This document shows positions 19,771 through 28,732 of a stretch of 64,000 nucleotides of DNA, one piece after another. The stretch comes from Myxococcota bacterium (GTDB lineage: Bacteria > Myxococcota_A > UBA9160 > PR03): NCBI GenBank assembly GCA_041611735.1, contig JBFIML010000004.1, positions 74,065 to 138,064 of the forward strand, read 5' to 3'. Positions within the stretch are counted from its first letter, which is position 1, and the number at the start of each line of letters is the position of its first letter. The position numbers were made by a program, and so were the translations under genes. A model generated the notes under the pieces. That model was not told the origin of the DNA, ran no database searches, and was given only the letters and a program-made list of their open reading frames with translations.

Positions 19771-21819
19771 TCAGCGCCACCCGTAGCGCTGGGAGAGCAT
19801 GTACTCGTACAGGCCCCGCGAGCGGGGGTCGTCGGGATCCGACTCGTACAGCTCCCGGGCGAGGCGCTCCGCGTCCTGCACGCGGCGCTGGCGCAGGAAC
19901 GTGTTGGCCAGGCGGCGGCGCGGCTCGCGGGCCTCGGGGCGCAACGCGAGGGCCGCCTCGTCCGCCTCCACCTGGGCCTCGAACTCGCCGAGCAGCCACC
20001 AGGTGTTGGCCAGCTGGTGGAGGGCGCGGTCGCGCAGCCCCGGGTCGGGGCTCGACGCCTGCGCCTCCCAGCGCGCGAAGCCCGGCTCGATCAGGCCCTG
20101 CTCGATCGCCCAGGCGGGGGCGGCGCGCACCACCTCCCGGGGACGCAGCCCCGCCTCCGGGTCGAAGGGGATGCCGCGCTCCCGGTAGTACGCGCCCACG
20201 CGCCACAGGTTGATCCCGTTGCGGGCGTTGCGGCGCAGGTAGATCGCGTGATCCATGCTGCGGAAGACGAGCACCCAGCCCGGCGCGTCGCGCAAGAGCT
20301 CCACGGTGTAGAGGTTCGCGTAGTAGCCGTCCGGCAGGCCGGCGCCCAGGAAGAGATCGACGCCGTAGTCGTCCAGCAGGGCCAGGGTGTCGTCCCGCCG
20401 GTCCAGGCGCGCGGCGGAGCGGACGATGGCCAGGTAGTCCTGCATGACCTGGGGCGCGTAGTGCTCGGTGCGGCCGTCGATGAAGGTGCGCAGCTGGGGA
20501 GCCAGCTGCCGGCCGGCGTAGCCGCCCACGTGGTAGGGGTTGAAGAGCCGGCCCTCGAGCCCGGCGTCCTGGAGGAAGCGGATCCCGGGCCCCAAGTAGC
20601 GGCGGGAGAGGTGCGAGGCCGCGTAGCCCCCGGGCTCCCGCACGATCTCGCCGACGAAGCCGTGCCACTCGGGCAGCCGTGCGAAGCCCAGGGTCAGCAC
20701 GAGACAGGCCGCCGCCAGGGCCCAGTCCAGGCGACGCGCGGCCCGCGCGCGCCCGCTGAGGCCCTCGCGGTCCGCGTGGAGCAGGAAGAGCAGCACGAAG
20801 AAGCCCATCCAGAGGAAGCGCAGGGAGATGGCGATGGCGCAGGCGGCGGCACAGGCCAGGGCGCCGCGCAGCGGATCGGCCAGGCGCAGCCGCTGGGCCG
20901 AGGGCCGGCGCAGGAAGCCGAAGCCGGCGACCACGGCGGTGCCGACGAGCAGCAGGCCGAGCGCGTCGGCGGTGGCCCAGGAGACCGGGTCGATCCCGGC
21001 CGCCCCCTCGCCAGGCGGGTCCAGCGGCCGGAACGGCGCCCACTCGTCGCGCACCTTCCAGATGGCCGCGTCGCGCGAGGAGCTGAAGAACGTCAGATGC
21101 TGGGCGATCCCGCGCGGGTTCACCAGCGAGGCGAGGGCACCGAGCCCGAGGGCCGCCGCCACGCGGCCCGGCCGCGGCCCCGGCGCGGCCGGCGGGCTCC
21201 CGGGAAGACGCGCCGCGAGAGCGCGCCGGGCCCCGAGGCCCAGCAGGCCCGCCCCGCCCAGGGCGAGGCCGGCGCCGAACAGCGAGTGCAGGTTGGCCCA
21301 CAGGCCGAAGCCCAGCGCGACGGCGGCCACGCGTCGCCAGGACGGTCCGCCCGGCACGGCGAAGAGCAGCCGCCAGAGGGCAATGGCGGCGGCGATCGAG
21401 ACCAGGTCGGGCCGCAGCTGGAACAGGCGGCGCCAGGAGAGGATCCCGAAGGCGACCGTGGCGGCCACCGCCGGCAGCGCGCCGCGGCTCTCGCGGCGGA
21501 AGCTCGTCCAGACCAGGACGCCGATCCCGAGCACGGCGAGCCCGTGGACGACGCGCAGCCCCTGGAGGCCCAGCCCGCGCTCCAGGCCGAAGACCAGCGC
21601 GCCGAAGCCCCACTCGTGCTGGACGGGCGCGCGGCCGCCCGCCGTATGAAGCAGCGGGTCCTCGGAGGGCCACAGCGTCCCGGTGGCGTAGACCTCGCCC
21701 AGCGCCAGGTGGAACCAGAGATCGTCCGTGGCCAGGGGGCGGCCTACCAGGAAGAGCAGCAACAGGATCAGGAGGGCCAGAGCCACGAGGGCGAGCCCGA
21801 GCGGAGCCCGATCCCTCAC
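19771..21819 (-). CDS. Polytopic membrane protein, GT-C-like, with C-terminal TPR
   Basis: DDLWFHLALG after TM1, then HEW, LRP, LWANLH, NPxG, EW and FIDGR motifs, and a TPR-like C-terminus. Confidence 0.6.
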   Translation of the reverse strand: MRDRAPLGLALVALALLILLLLFLVGRPLATDDLWFHLALGEVYATGTLWPSEDPLLHTAGGRAPVQHEWGFGALVFGLERGLGLQGLRVVHGLAVLGIGVLVWTSFRRESRGALPAVAATVAFGILSWRRLFQLRPDLVSIAAAIALWRLLFAVPGGPSWRRVAAVALGFGLWANLHSLFGAGLALGGAGLLGLGARRALAARLPGSPPAAPGPRPGRVAAALGLGALASLVNPRGIAQHLTFFSSSRDAAIWKVRDEWAPFRPLDPPGEGAAGIDPVSWATADALGLLLVGTAVVAGFGFLRRPSAQRLRLADPLRGALACAAACAIAISLRFLWMGFFVLLFLLHADREGLSGRARAARRLDWALAAACLVLTLGFARLPEWHGFVGEIVREPGGYAASHLSRRYLGPGIRFLQDAGLEGRLFNPYHVGGYAGRQLAPQLRTFIDGRTEHYAPQVMQDYLAIVRSAARLDRRDDTLALLDDYGVDLFLGAGLPDGYYANLYTVELLRDAPGWVLVFRSMDHAIYLRRNARNGINLWRVGAYYRERGIPFDPEAGLRPREVVRAAPAWAIEQGLIEPGFARWEAQASSPDPGLRDRALHQLANTWWLLGEFEAQVEADEAALALRPEAREPRRRLANTFLRQRRVQDAERLARELYESDPDDPRSRGLYEYMLSQRYGWR

Positions 21820-23198
21820 TCCGCGTAGCCCAGGGCCTCGAGACGCTGCCGCAGGGCTTGGGACACGTGGTGCGCGGTCTCGTAGCGCGCGATCCCGTCC
21901 TGCCGGGGGTCCGGGCGCTGCGCGCGCAGGGTCGCCTCGAGACGCATGCGCTCCGCCTCGCGCGCCTCGGCCAGGTTCTGCGACTCCCGGGGGTCCGCCT
22001 CGAGATCGTAGACCTCGAGCGCCGGCTCCAGGGGGAAGGCGTTGCGGATCAGCTTGTAGCGTCCGTCGCGCACGGACTCCTTGAAGATCCGGTCCCCCCG
22101 GCGCACGATCCGGGCGTAGGCGGGGCGGGCGGACGCCTCCTCACCCCGCAGCAGGGCCGCCAGGCTGCGGCCCTCCCCTTCCGGCGCCGGCGCGACGCCC
22201 AGGAGATCCAGCACCGTGGGCATCACGTCCACCAGCCGCACCGGCCCCGGCACCCGCGCGCCGCCCCGCTCGAGGCGCGGGTCGAGGACCAGGAGCGGAA
22301 TCCGCAGCAGCTCGTCGTACAGCGTGTGACCGTGGGTGCCGGGCCGCAGCGGCTCCCGGTCCCCCAGGTCCTCGCCGTGGTCGCTGGTCACCACCACCAG
22401 GGTGCGCTCCGCCAGGCCGAGCTCCCGGAGAGCGGCCCGCAGCTCGCCCACCTGGCGGTCCGCCTCCGCCACGCCGCCGTCGTAGAGCGCGCGCACGTAG
22501 GCGAGCTCGCGCGGGCCGAGCAGGTGCGGATCGTTCGCGAAGCGGCCGACGTCCGGGGTCTCGAAGGTCTCCGAGAGGTTCCCGCGCTCCAGGGCGGCCG
22601 CGTACGCGAGGCGCCGATAGGGCGTGTGCACCTCGTAGGTGTGGACCAGCAGGAAGAAGCGCTCGGATGCACGCTCCGCCAGCCAGGCCCGGGCCGCCGC
22701 GAAGGTCTCCTGGATGCCGCCCCCGGCCGGCTGCTGCAGCGCCACCCCGCCGATCTGGAGCGCCACCGCGCCCTCCTGCTCCACGAAGGACTGGAAGCCG
22801 CGATCCAGACCGAAGTAGCTCGAGACGAAGCCGCCCTCCGTCACCGCGGCGGTGCGCAAGCCGGCGTCGCGCAGGCGCTCCACCAGCGAGACGCGCAGCT
22901 CACCGTCCATCACCCGGGCGGAGGGATAGCGGCCGGAGAGCAGGCCCACGAAGCCCGGCAGGGTGGAGCTCGCGTGGCTCGTGGCCTGCTCGAAGAGCAC
23001 GCCCTCTTGGGCCAGGGCGTCCAGGTGGGGCGAGGTGCGGCGCGGATTGCCGTAGGCCGAGAGCCCGTCCGCCCGCAGCGTGTCGAGCACGATCACGACC
23101 GCGCCCTGGAGCTCGCGGTCCCGGGGTGCGCCGCAGGCCACCCCGATCCCGACGGCGGCCAGCAGCAGCAGGGCGCACCGCCGGGGTCCCGAGAGCAC
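21816..23198 (-). CDS. Sulfatase-like hydrolase/transferase lipoprotein
   Basis: Lipobox IGVAC, LDTLRAD, SSTLPGFVGLLSG, HTYEVHTPY, SDHGE and LEALGY motifs. GTG 23198 lies 8 nt after TACCCT. Confidence 0.8.
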   Translation of the reverse strand: MLSGPRRCALLLLAAVGIGVACGAPRDRELQGAVVIVLDTLRADGLSAYGNPRRTSPHLDALAQEGVLFEQATSHASSTLPGFVGLLSGRYPSARVMDGELRVSLVERLRDAGLRTAAVTEGGFVSSYFGLDRGFQSFVEQEGAVALQIGGVALQQPAGGGIQETFAAARAWLAERASERFFLLVHTYEVHTPYRRLAYAAALERGNLSETFETPDVGRFANDPHLLGPRELAYVRALYDGGVAEADRQVGELRAALRELGLAERTLVVVTSDHGEDLGDREPLRPGTHGHTLYDELLRIPLLVLDPRLERGGARVPGPVRLVDVMPTVLDLLGVAPAPEGEGRSLAALLRGEEASARPAYARIVRRGDRIFKESVRDGRYKLIRNAFPLEPALEVYDLEADPRESQNLAEAREAERMRLEATLRAQRPDPRQDGIARYETAHHVSQALRQRLEALGYAE

Positions 23199-23283
23199 GA
23201 CGGTGCAGGGTACCGGCGACGCCTCCGCGCGACAACTTCCGCCCGGGCAGCCCCGCGGCGGGACGCGATACCCTCTCGCGCCC

Positions 23284-24960
23284 ATGCCGCGCCCCCGCAC
23301 CCGTCGGACGCCCACCCGTCCCGCCCCGACGCGAAGCGGGCGCGCCGGGGGGACCAGCTTCCTGGCCCTGCTCGGGGCCTTCGCCGTGGCGTCGCTGCTG
23401 GTCTACCGCCCGGCCCTCGACGGACCCTTCCTGTCCGACGACGTGCCCTACATCACCATGAACCCCTACGTGCAGGCGCTCTCGGGCGAGAACCTGGTGG
23501 CGATCCTCGACCCGAACGGCCCCGCCGTTCCCCTGGCCGCCAACTACAGCCCCGTGCACCTGCTGCTGCACGCCCTCGAGTGGCGGGTGTTCGGCAGCGA
23601 CGTGCGCGGTTGGCACGTGGTGAACGTGCTCCTGCACGCCCTCGGGGCGGCGCTGCTGGTGGCCCTGCTGCGCAGCTCGCAGGTCCCCCTGCCCGCCGCC
23701 GTGTTCGGCGGCGTCTTCTTCCTGCTGCACCCGGCCAACGTGGAGGCCGTGGCCTGGATCTCGCAGCTCAAGACGACCGCCGCCTTCTGCCTGGCGCTCG
23801 GCGCACTCCTGGCGCACCCGCGACGTCCGGCGCTGGGGGCGCTGCTGTTCGCCCTGGCACTGCTGGCCAAGCCCCAGGCCGCCTTCGCGCTCCCGGTCCT
23901 GGCGCTGCTCGACTGGACCCGCAGCGGCCGTCTGCGCTGGGGCTGGCTCGCGGTGTGGGCCGCGGCCTTCGCGGCGCTGGCGGCGGTGGAGGTGGGCGTC
24001 TTCCGCAAGTTCGGGCTCGAGTCGCGGCCCCTGGACTCGGACCCCGGGACCTGGGCGCGCACGGTGGTGGCCCTGGTCGCCCGTTATCTGGTAATGGCCG
24101 CCAGCTCCTGGGGCGTCTCGGCGTTCCACGAGCTGCCGCGGGCGCGCGGCTGGCTCGACCCCTGGTGGCTGGCGGGGCTCGCCGCGCTGGGGGCCCTCGG
24201 CTGGCGCTCGCTCGCGGCCCTGCGCGCGCGCCGGGAGGAGGCGGCCTGGTGGGCCTGGGCGGCGGTGTCCTTCGTGCCCGTCTCCCAGCTCTTCCCCTTC
24301 GACTTCGCCATGGCCGACCGCTACCTCTACTTCATCCTGCCGGGCCTGCTGGGCGGCACGTTGCTGCTGGCCACGCAGCTCTGGCGCCGCCAGGTGCCCG
24401 AGGACGTGGCGCGCCGGCCGGCGCTGCGGGGAGCGGTCCTCGTGCTGGCCGTGGCCGTGGCCGTGGGCTTCGCGGTGCGCGCCGGCGAACGCGCGGCGCT
24501 GTGGCGCTCCGTCGCGCTCCTGTCCCACGACGCGGAGCGCCACTACCCCGACGGCCGCCAGGCGCACCTGAACGCCGCCCGGCGCGCCGCCCGGGCCGGC
24601 GACCGGGACGCCGTGGCGCTGCACCTGCGCGCCGCCGTGGAGCGCGGCTACGACTACCTGAACGCGCTGGTCGGTGACCCGCTGTTCGCGGGCGCGCGCG
24701 CACACCCCGCCGTGGAGGCGGTCTACCGGGACCTGGCCAGCAGCTGGATCCAGCGAGTGGAGCGCCTGGCGGCGCCGAACCAGGCGGAGCTCAACCTGCT
24801 GGCCGTGGCCCACGAGACGCGCGGCGAGTACGCGGCGGCGGTGCGCGCCCTGGAGCGGGCCCTGGCGGTGGGAGGCTTCGAGGACGATCTGGTGCGCGCG
24901 CGGCTCGGCCAGGTGCGCTCGCGCCTGGCCCGCCAGGGCGTCGGCAACGCGCCGGAGTAG
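23284..24960 (+). CDS. TMTC-like GT-C glycosyltransferase with a short TPR tail (paralog of 18101-19738)
   Basis: FLSDDVPYITMNP, WHVVNVLLH, HPANVEAVAWISQLKT and MADRYLY motifs. Confidence 0.75.
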   Translation: MPRPRTRRTPTRPAPTRSGRAGGTSFLALLGAFAVASLLVYRPALDGPFLSDDVPYITMNPYVQALSGENLVAILDPNGPAVPLAANYSPVHLLLHALEWRVFGSDVRGWHVVNVLLHALGAALLVALLRSSQVPLPAAVFGGVFFLLHPANVEAVAWISQLKTTAAFCLALGALLAHPRRPALGALLFALALLAKPQAAFALPVLALLDWTRSGRLRWGWLAVWAAAFAALAAVEVGVFRKFGLESRPLDSDPGTWARTVVALVARYLVMAASSWGVSAFHELPRARGWLDPWWLAGLAALGALGWRSLAALRARREEAAWWAWAAVSFVPVSQLFPFDFAMADRYLYFILPGLLGGTLLLATQLWRRQVPEDVARRPALRGAVLVLAVAVAVGFAVRAGERAALWRSVALLSHDAERHYPDGRQAHLNAARRAARAGDRDAVALHLRAAVERGYDYLNALVGDPLFAGARAHPAVEAVYRDLASSWIQRVERLAAPNQAELNLLAVAHETRGEYAAAVRALERALAVGGFEDDLVRARLGQVRSRLARQGVGNAPE

Positions 24961-25024
24961 AGGAGCCCGCCCACCCCTCGCCCCGACACTCGGGCACCCA
25001 TCGCTGCGCGACCCGACGATCGGG

Positions 25025-26194
25025 CTAGGGATTCGCGGGCGCGGGGCGGGGTGCGCGCAGCTTGCGGTCCGCCGAGTGGGGCGCGATCCAGCCGAGGCGG
25101 CAGCGCACCAGGCGCAGGTCCCGGATCTCCTCGAGGGCCACCGGCCGCCAGTAGAGCAGCCGGGGCGCCAGCGTGACGGCCGCGGTCCCGCACCACAGAC
25201 CCGCCCCCAGCAGGAGCCAGGGCGCCAGGCGCGGCCGCGTGGCCGCGAGGACGCCCGCCGCCACGCAGGCCGGCAGCGCCAGCACCGAGAGGCCACGGTC
25301 CAGGGTCACGGTGGTGGACATCTGGAAGGGTGCCAGCCACAGCTCCTGGAGGTAGAGGGCGAGCGACGCAGCGCACAGCACCGCCACGGCCCGCCAGCGG
25401 CGCCAGGTGGCAGGCGCGCCGAACAGCGCGGCGACGAGGATCGGCGGGCTCGCGAGCGCGAGGATCAGGGGCCAGCGGTGGAAGCTGTGGCGGTGGGTGG
25501 CCACGTGCAGGTAGTCGCCCTCCCCGAAGAGCAGCGCCTGCTGGAGGCTGCAGCCGGCCGCCAGGTGGGCGCCCAGCAGGGGAAGCGCACCGAGCGTGCC
25601 CAGGGCCAGGGCCCCGAGCGCGCGCCCGTCGCGGCGCGCCAGGGCCAGCACTCCGCACGAGAGGCCGAGCAGCAGCGCCGACGCGGTGTGCAGCCAGAAG
25701 CTGCCGCCCACCAGCAGGGCGAGCAGCCCGTAGCGGCGCCGCAGCAGGGTGGCGAGCGCCAAGTACACCCCGGCATAGCCCGCCACCTCGACCTTGGGCA
25801 GGGACCAGGAGAGGGTGAAGTGGTAGGGCCAGAGCACGAACAGGATCGCCACCGCGTCGGGCAGCCCGGCGCTGCGCTGGAACGCGCGGAAGGCCACCAG
25901 GGAGAGGGCGGCGGCCGCCACCGCGAAGAGCTTGGGATAGGCGGCGAGCCCCACCAGCGGCGCGACGAGCGCCCCGAGCACGTGGTAGCCGGGCGCCAGC
26001 ACGTTGCGCAGCGCCGGCTCCTGGGCCATCAGCTCGATCAGGCGCAGGTGGGGCAGCAGGTCACCGCCGCCGTGCAGACCCGGCGACGCCCCGAGGCGCA
26101 CCGCGTGCAGCCCGAGCGCCGCGCCGGCCACGGCCGGGAAGGCCCAGCCCGGCAGCGCACCGGGCTCGCGCGCAGGCGCGGCGGGGGCCGGCAC
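25025..26194 (-). CDS. Polytopic membrane protein of unknown function (possibly GT-C-like)
   Basis: Hydrophobic along its length with GC-biased codon use. GDLLPH and PGYH follow TM1. Confidence 0.55.
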   Translation of the reverse strand: MPAPAAPAREPGALPGWAFPAVAGAALGLHAVRLGASPGLHGGGDLLPHLRLIELMAQEPALRNVLAPGYHVLGALVAPLVGLAAYPKLFAVAAAALSLVAFRAFQRSAGLPDAVAILFVLWPYHFTLSWSLPKVEVAGYAGVYLALATLLRRRYGLLALLVGGSFWLHTASALLLGLSCGVLALARRDGRALGALALGTLGALPLLGAHLAAGCSLQQALLFGEGDYLHVATHRHSFHRWPLILALASPPILVAALFGAPATWRRWRAVAVLCAASLALYLQELWLAPFQMSTTVTLDRGLSVLALPACVAAGVLAATRPRLAPWLLLGAGLWCGTAAVTLAPRLLYWRPVALEEIRDLRLVRCRLGWIAPHSADRKLRAPRPAPANP

Positions 26195-26208
26195 GCGGTC
26201 CGCCCGGC

Positions 26209-28725
26209 CTAGGAGGCGGGCGGCTTCTCCGCCGCGCGCGCCGCCTCGAGCTCGCGGCGGGCGGCCTCCGCGTCCGGAAAGTTCGGATCCACGGCCAGCG
26301 CCTTCTCGAACTCCTGGGCGGCCTCCGCCTCGCGGCCGAGGGCGCGCAGGGCGAGCCCCAGGTGGTAGCGGAGCAGGGCCGGCGCCTCCTGGCCCGACTC
26401 CTCGGCCAGGCTCACCGCGTAGCGCAGCTGCTCGACGGCCGGGCCGGCGAGCCCCTTGCGCAGGAACACGAAGCCCAGCGTGTCCACCACGTTGGGATTC
26501 AGGCCGAGCTCCTCCTGCGCCTCCTGGGCCAGGCGCAGGGCGCGGTCCAGGTCGTCGCCCTGACGGGCCAGCAGGTAGGCCAGGTCGTTCTTCGCCACCG
26601 CGAGGCCCGGGTCCTCGCGCAGGACGGCCTCGTACAGCACGCGGGCGCGGTCGAGGTCACCGAGGGCGAGGTGGAGCTGGCCGAGCAGGGCCCGGTTGCG
26701 CGTGGTGAGCAGGCCCGCCTGCTCGGTCTCCTCGAGCTGGCGGACGGCCTCGTCGAGCTTGTCCTGGGCGCGGTAGAGCGAGAGCAGCAGCGGGAGGGCG
26801 CCCGGCACGTCGGGATCCTGCTCGAAGGCGGCGCGGGCGTCGCGCTCGGCCTGCTCGAAGCGCTCGGCGCGCGCCAGGGTCTGGGCGCGCAGCAGGAGCA
26901 GGCGCGCGTTGGTCGGGTTCGCCTGGAGGGCGCCGTCCAGGCGGGCCAGGGCGCGGTCGAGGCGGTCGCGGCGCAGGTCGAGGCTCGTGGCGGCCAGGAT
27001 CAGGCGCAGCTCCCCGGGCCGGCGCCCCAGCGCCTGGTCCACCACCTCGGCGGCCCGCGCCGGATCGCTCGGGCCCTCGTTCAGGGCGTAGGCCACCGCC
27101 ACCTCCACCGAGGCATTGCCCTGGGCGAGCAGCTCTTCGAGCAGGGCGCGTCCGGCCGGGGCCTGGTCCAGGGCGTAGAGCGGCCGCACCAGGAGCAGGC
27201 GGTCCCGGGGCGTGAGCGTCGCGCCGGCCCGCCGCAGCGCACGCATCGTCGCGATCACGGCGCTCCAGTCCTGGGCCTGGTGGTGGATGTACGCCTTGAG
27301 GCGCAGCGTCTCCGCATCGGCCGGCGCCAGCTGCACGGCGCGGTCGATCTCCTTGGTGGCCGCCGCCAGGTTGCGCCCGCGCAGCTCGGCCATGGCCAGC
27401 AGCCGGTGGGATTCGGCGCTCTCCCGCACGTCGTTCACGCGGCGCAGCAGCTCGGCGGCCTCTGCCAGCCGCGCGGCCTGGAGGGCGAGGCGCGCCTCGG
27501 CCATCAGCGTGCGCGGATCGCCGGCGTGGTCCTTGCGGGTCCGCTCCAGGTAGGCGCCGGCCTCCGGCACCTTGCCGGCCAGGAGGGCGAGCCGCACCGC
27601 CTCGTCCAGGAGCTGGGGCGGATCGACGCCCCGTGCCGCGCCCTGGTCGAGCCGCGCCAGGGCGTCGTCCAGGCGACCCTGGGCGGCCAGGAAGCGTGCG
27701 TGGAGCACGTGCAGCTCCGCGTCCTCGGGACGCCGCTCGAGCAGACGCTCCAAGACCGCCTCGCCCGCCTGCTTCTCCTGCTGCTCGAGCTGGACCAGCT
27801 CGAGCCAGGCCTGCCGGAGCTGGGGGCTGAAGTCCGCGTTCTCCGTCACCACCGCGGCCTCCGCCAGGGCTTCCGGATCGATGGCGAAGAGCCGCTCGAG
27901 GGCCCAGCGGAGCAGCTTCGGCTGGTTCGTGCCGCGTGCCCAGCTGCGCGCCTCCTCGGCGGCGGCGTACTCGAGGCCCAATCTCTCCTGCCGGGCCGCC
28001 AGCTCCACCGCCGAGCGATAGGCCGCCGCGGCCTCCTCCCGGTGGCCCTCCCAGCTCGCCAGGATGCGCGCGCGCTCCAGGCGGGCCGGCACCGAGCCGG
28101 GCTCCCGGTCGGCGCGCTCCAAGGCCTCGAGGGCGGAGCGGAACAGCTCCTCCGGGGGCTCCTCGTCGCGCAGCCGGTGCTCGCGCACCCGGGCGCGCTG
28201 CACCACGGCCAGGTTCAGGCTCGACTCCACGTCCTCGGGATCCAGCTCCAGGGCGGTCAAGGCCGCCGCCAGGGCCTGCTCGGTATCCCGCTGCAGGAGC
28301 GCCAACTCCGAGTGGCGCCGGTGCACGCGCGGATCGCCCGGGGCCCGCTCGAGGGCCTGCTCCACCAGCTCCACGGCGCGCGCCCCGTCCACGCCCGCGA
28401 TGAGCGGGATCTCGGCCAGCAGCGGCTCGATGCGCTGGGGATCCAGACGCTGGGCCTCGCGGTAGAAGAAGACCGCCTCCTCGTAGCGACCGCGCTGCCG
28501 CAGCACGTCCGCGATGCGCTCGTTCACCTGGGCGCTCTGGGGCCGCAGCTTGAGGGCGCTGCGCAGCTCGATGAGCGCCTCGCGGGTCTGGCCGGCCTCC
28601 GCGTATTTCTCGGCCTCCGCCAGGTGCCGGTCGAGACGCTCCTGCTCGGAGGCGCACGCGACCAGGAGGGCGGCGGGCAGCAGGAGGGCGAGCAGCAGCG
28701 CGCGGAGTCCGGCCTGTCGGGTCAT
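26209..28725 (-). CDS. TPR-repeat lipoprotein, PrsT-like (PEP-CTERM system)
   Basis: Lipobox LLVAC, then ALIELRSALK, long TPR arrays, AKNDLAYLLA..DLDRAL..VVDTLG and FPDAEAARREL. Confidence 0.8.
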   Translation of the reverse strand: MTRQAGLRALLLALLLPAALLVACASEQERLDRHLAEAEKYAEAGQTREALIELRSALKLRPQSAQVNERIADVLRQRGRYEEAVFFYREAQRLDPQRIEPLLAEIPLIAGVDGARAVELVEQALERAPGDPRVHRRHSELALLQRDTEQALAAALTALELDPEDVESSLNLAVVQRARVREHRLRDEEPPEELFRSALEALERADREPGSVPARLERARILASWEGHREEAAAAYRSAVELAARQERLGLEYAAAEEARSWARGTNQPKLLRWALERLFAIDPEALAEAAVVTENADFSPQLRQAWLELVQLEQQEKQAGEAVLERLLERRPEDAELHVLHARFLAAQGRLDDALARLDQGAARGVDPPQLLDEAVRLALLAGKVPEAGAYLERTRKDHAGDPRTLMAEARLALQAARLAEAAELLRRVNDVRESAESHRLLAMAELRGRNLAAATKEIDRAVQLAPADAETLRLKAYIHHQAQDWSAVIATMRALRRAGATLTPRDRLLLVRPLYALDQAPAGRALLEELLAQGNASVEVAVAYALNEGPSDPARAAEVVDQALGRRPGELRLILAATSLDLRRDRLDRALARLDGALQANPTNARLLLLRAQTLARAERFEQAERDARAAFEQDPDVPGALPLLLSLYRAQDKLDEAVRQLEETEQAGLLTTRNRALLGQLHLALGDLDRARVLYEAVLREDPGLAVAKNDLAYLLARQGDDLDRALRLAQEAQEELGLNPNVVDTLGFVFLRKGLAGPAVEQLRYAVSLAEESGQEAPALLRYHLGLALRALGREAEAAQEFEKALAVDPNFPDAEAARRELEAARAAEKPPAS

Positions 28726-28732
28726 GGGCGGC

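Noticed and set aside
25025-26194. Possible exosortase for the PEP-CTERM proteins
   Set aside because: No exosortase-type catalytic Cys motif (C-S/N-G) with downstream N-x-x-R and H was recognised, so it is left as an unknown membrane protein.
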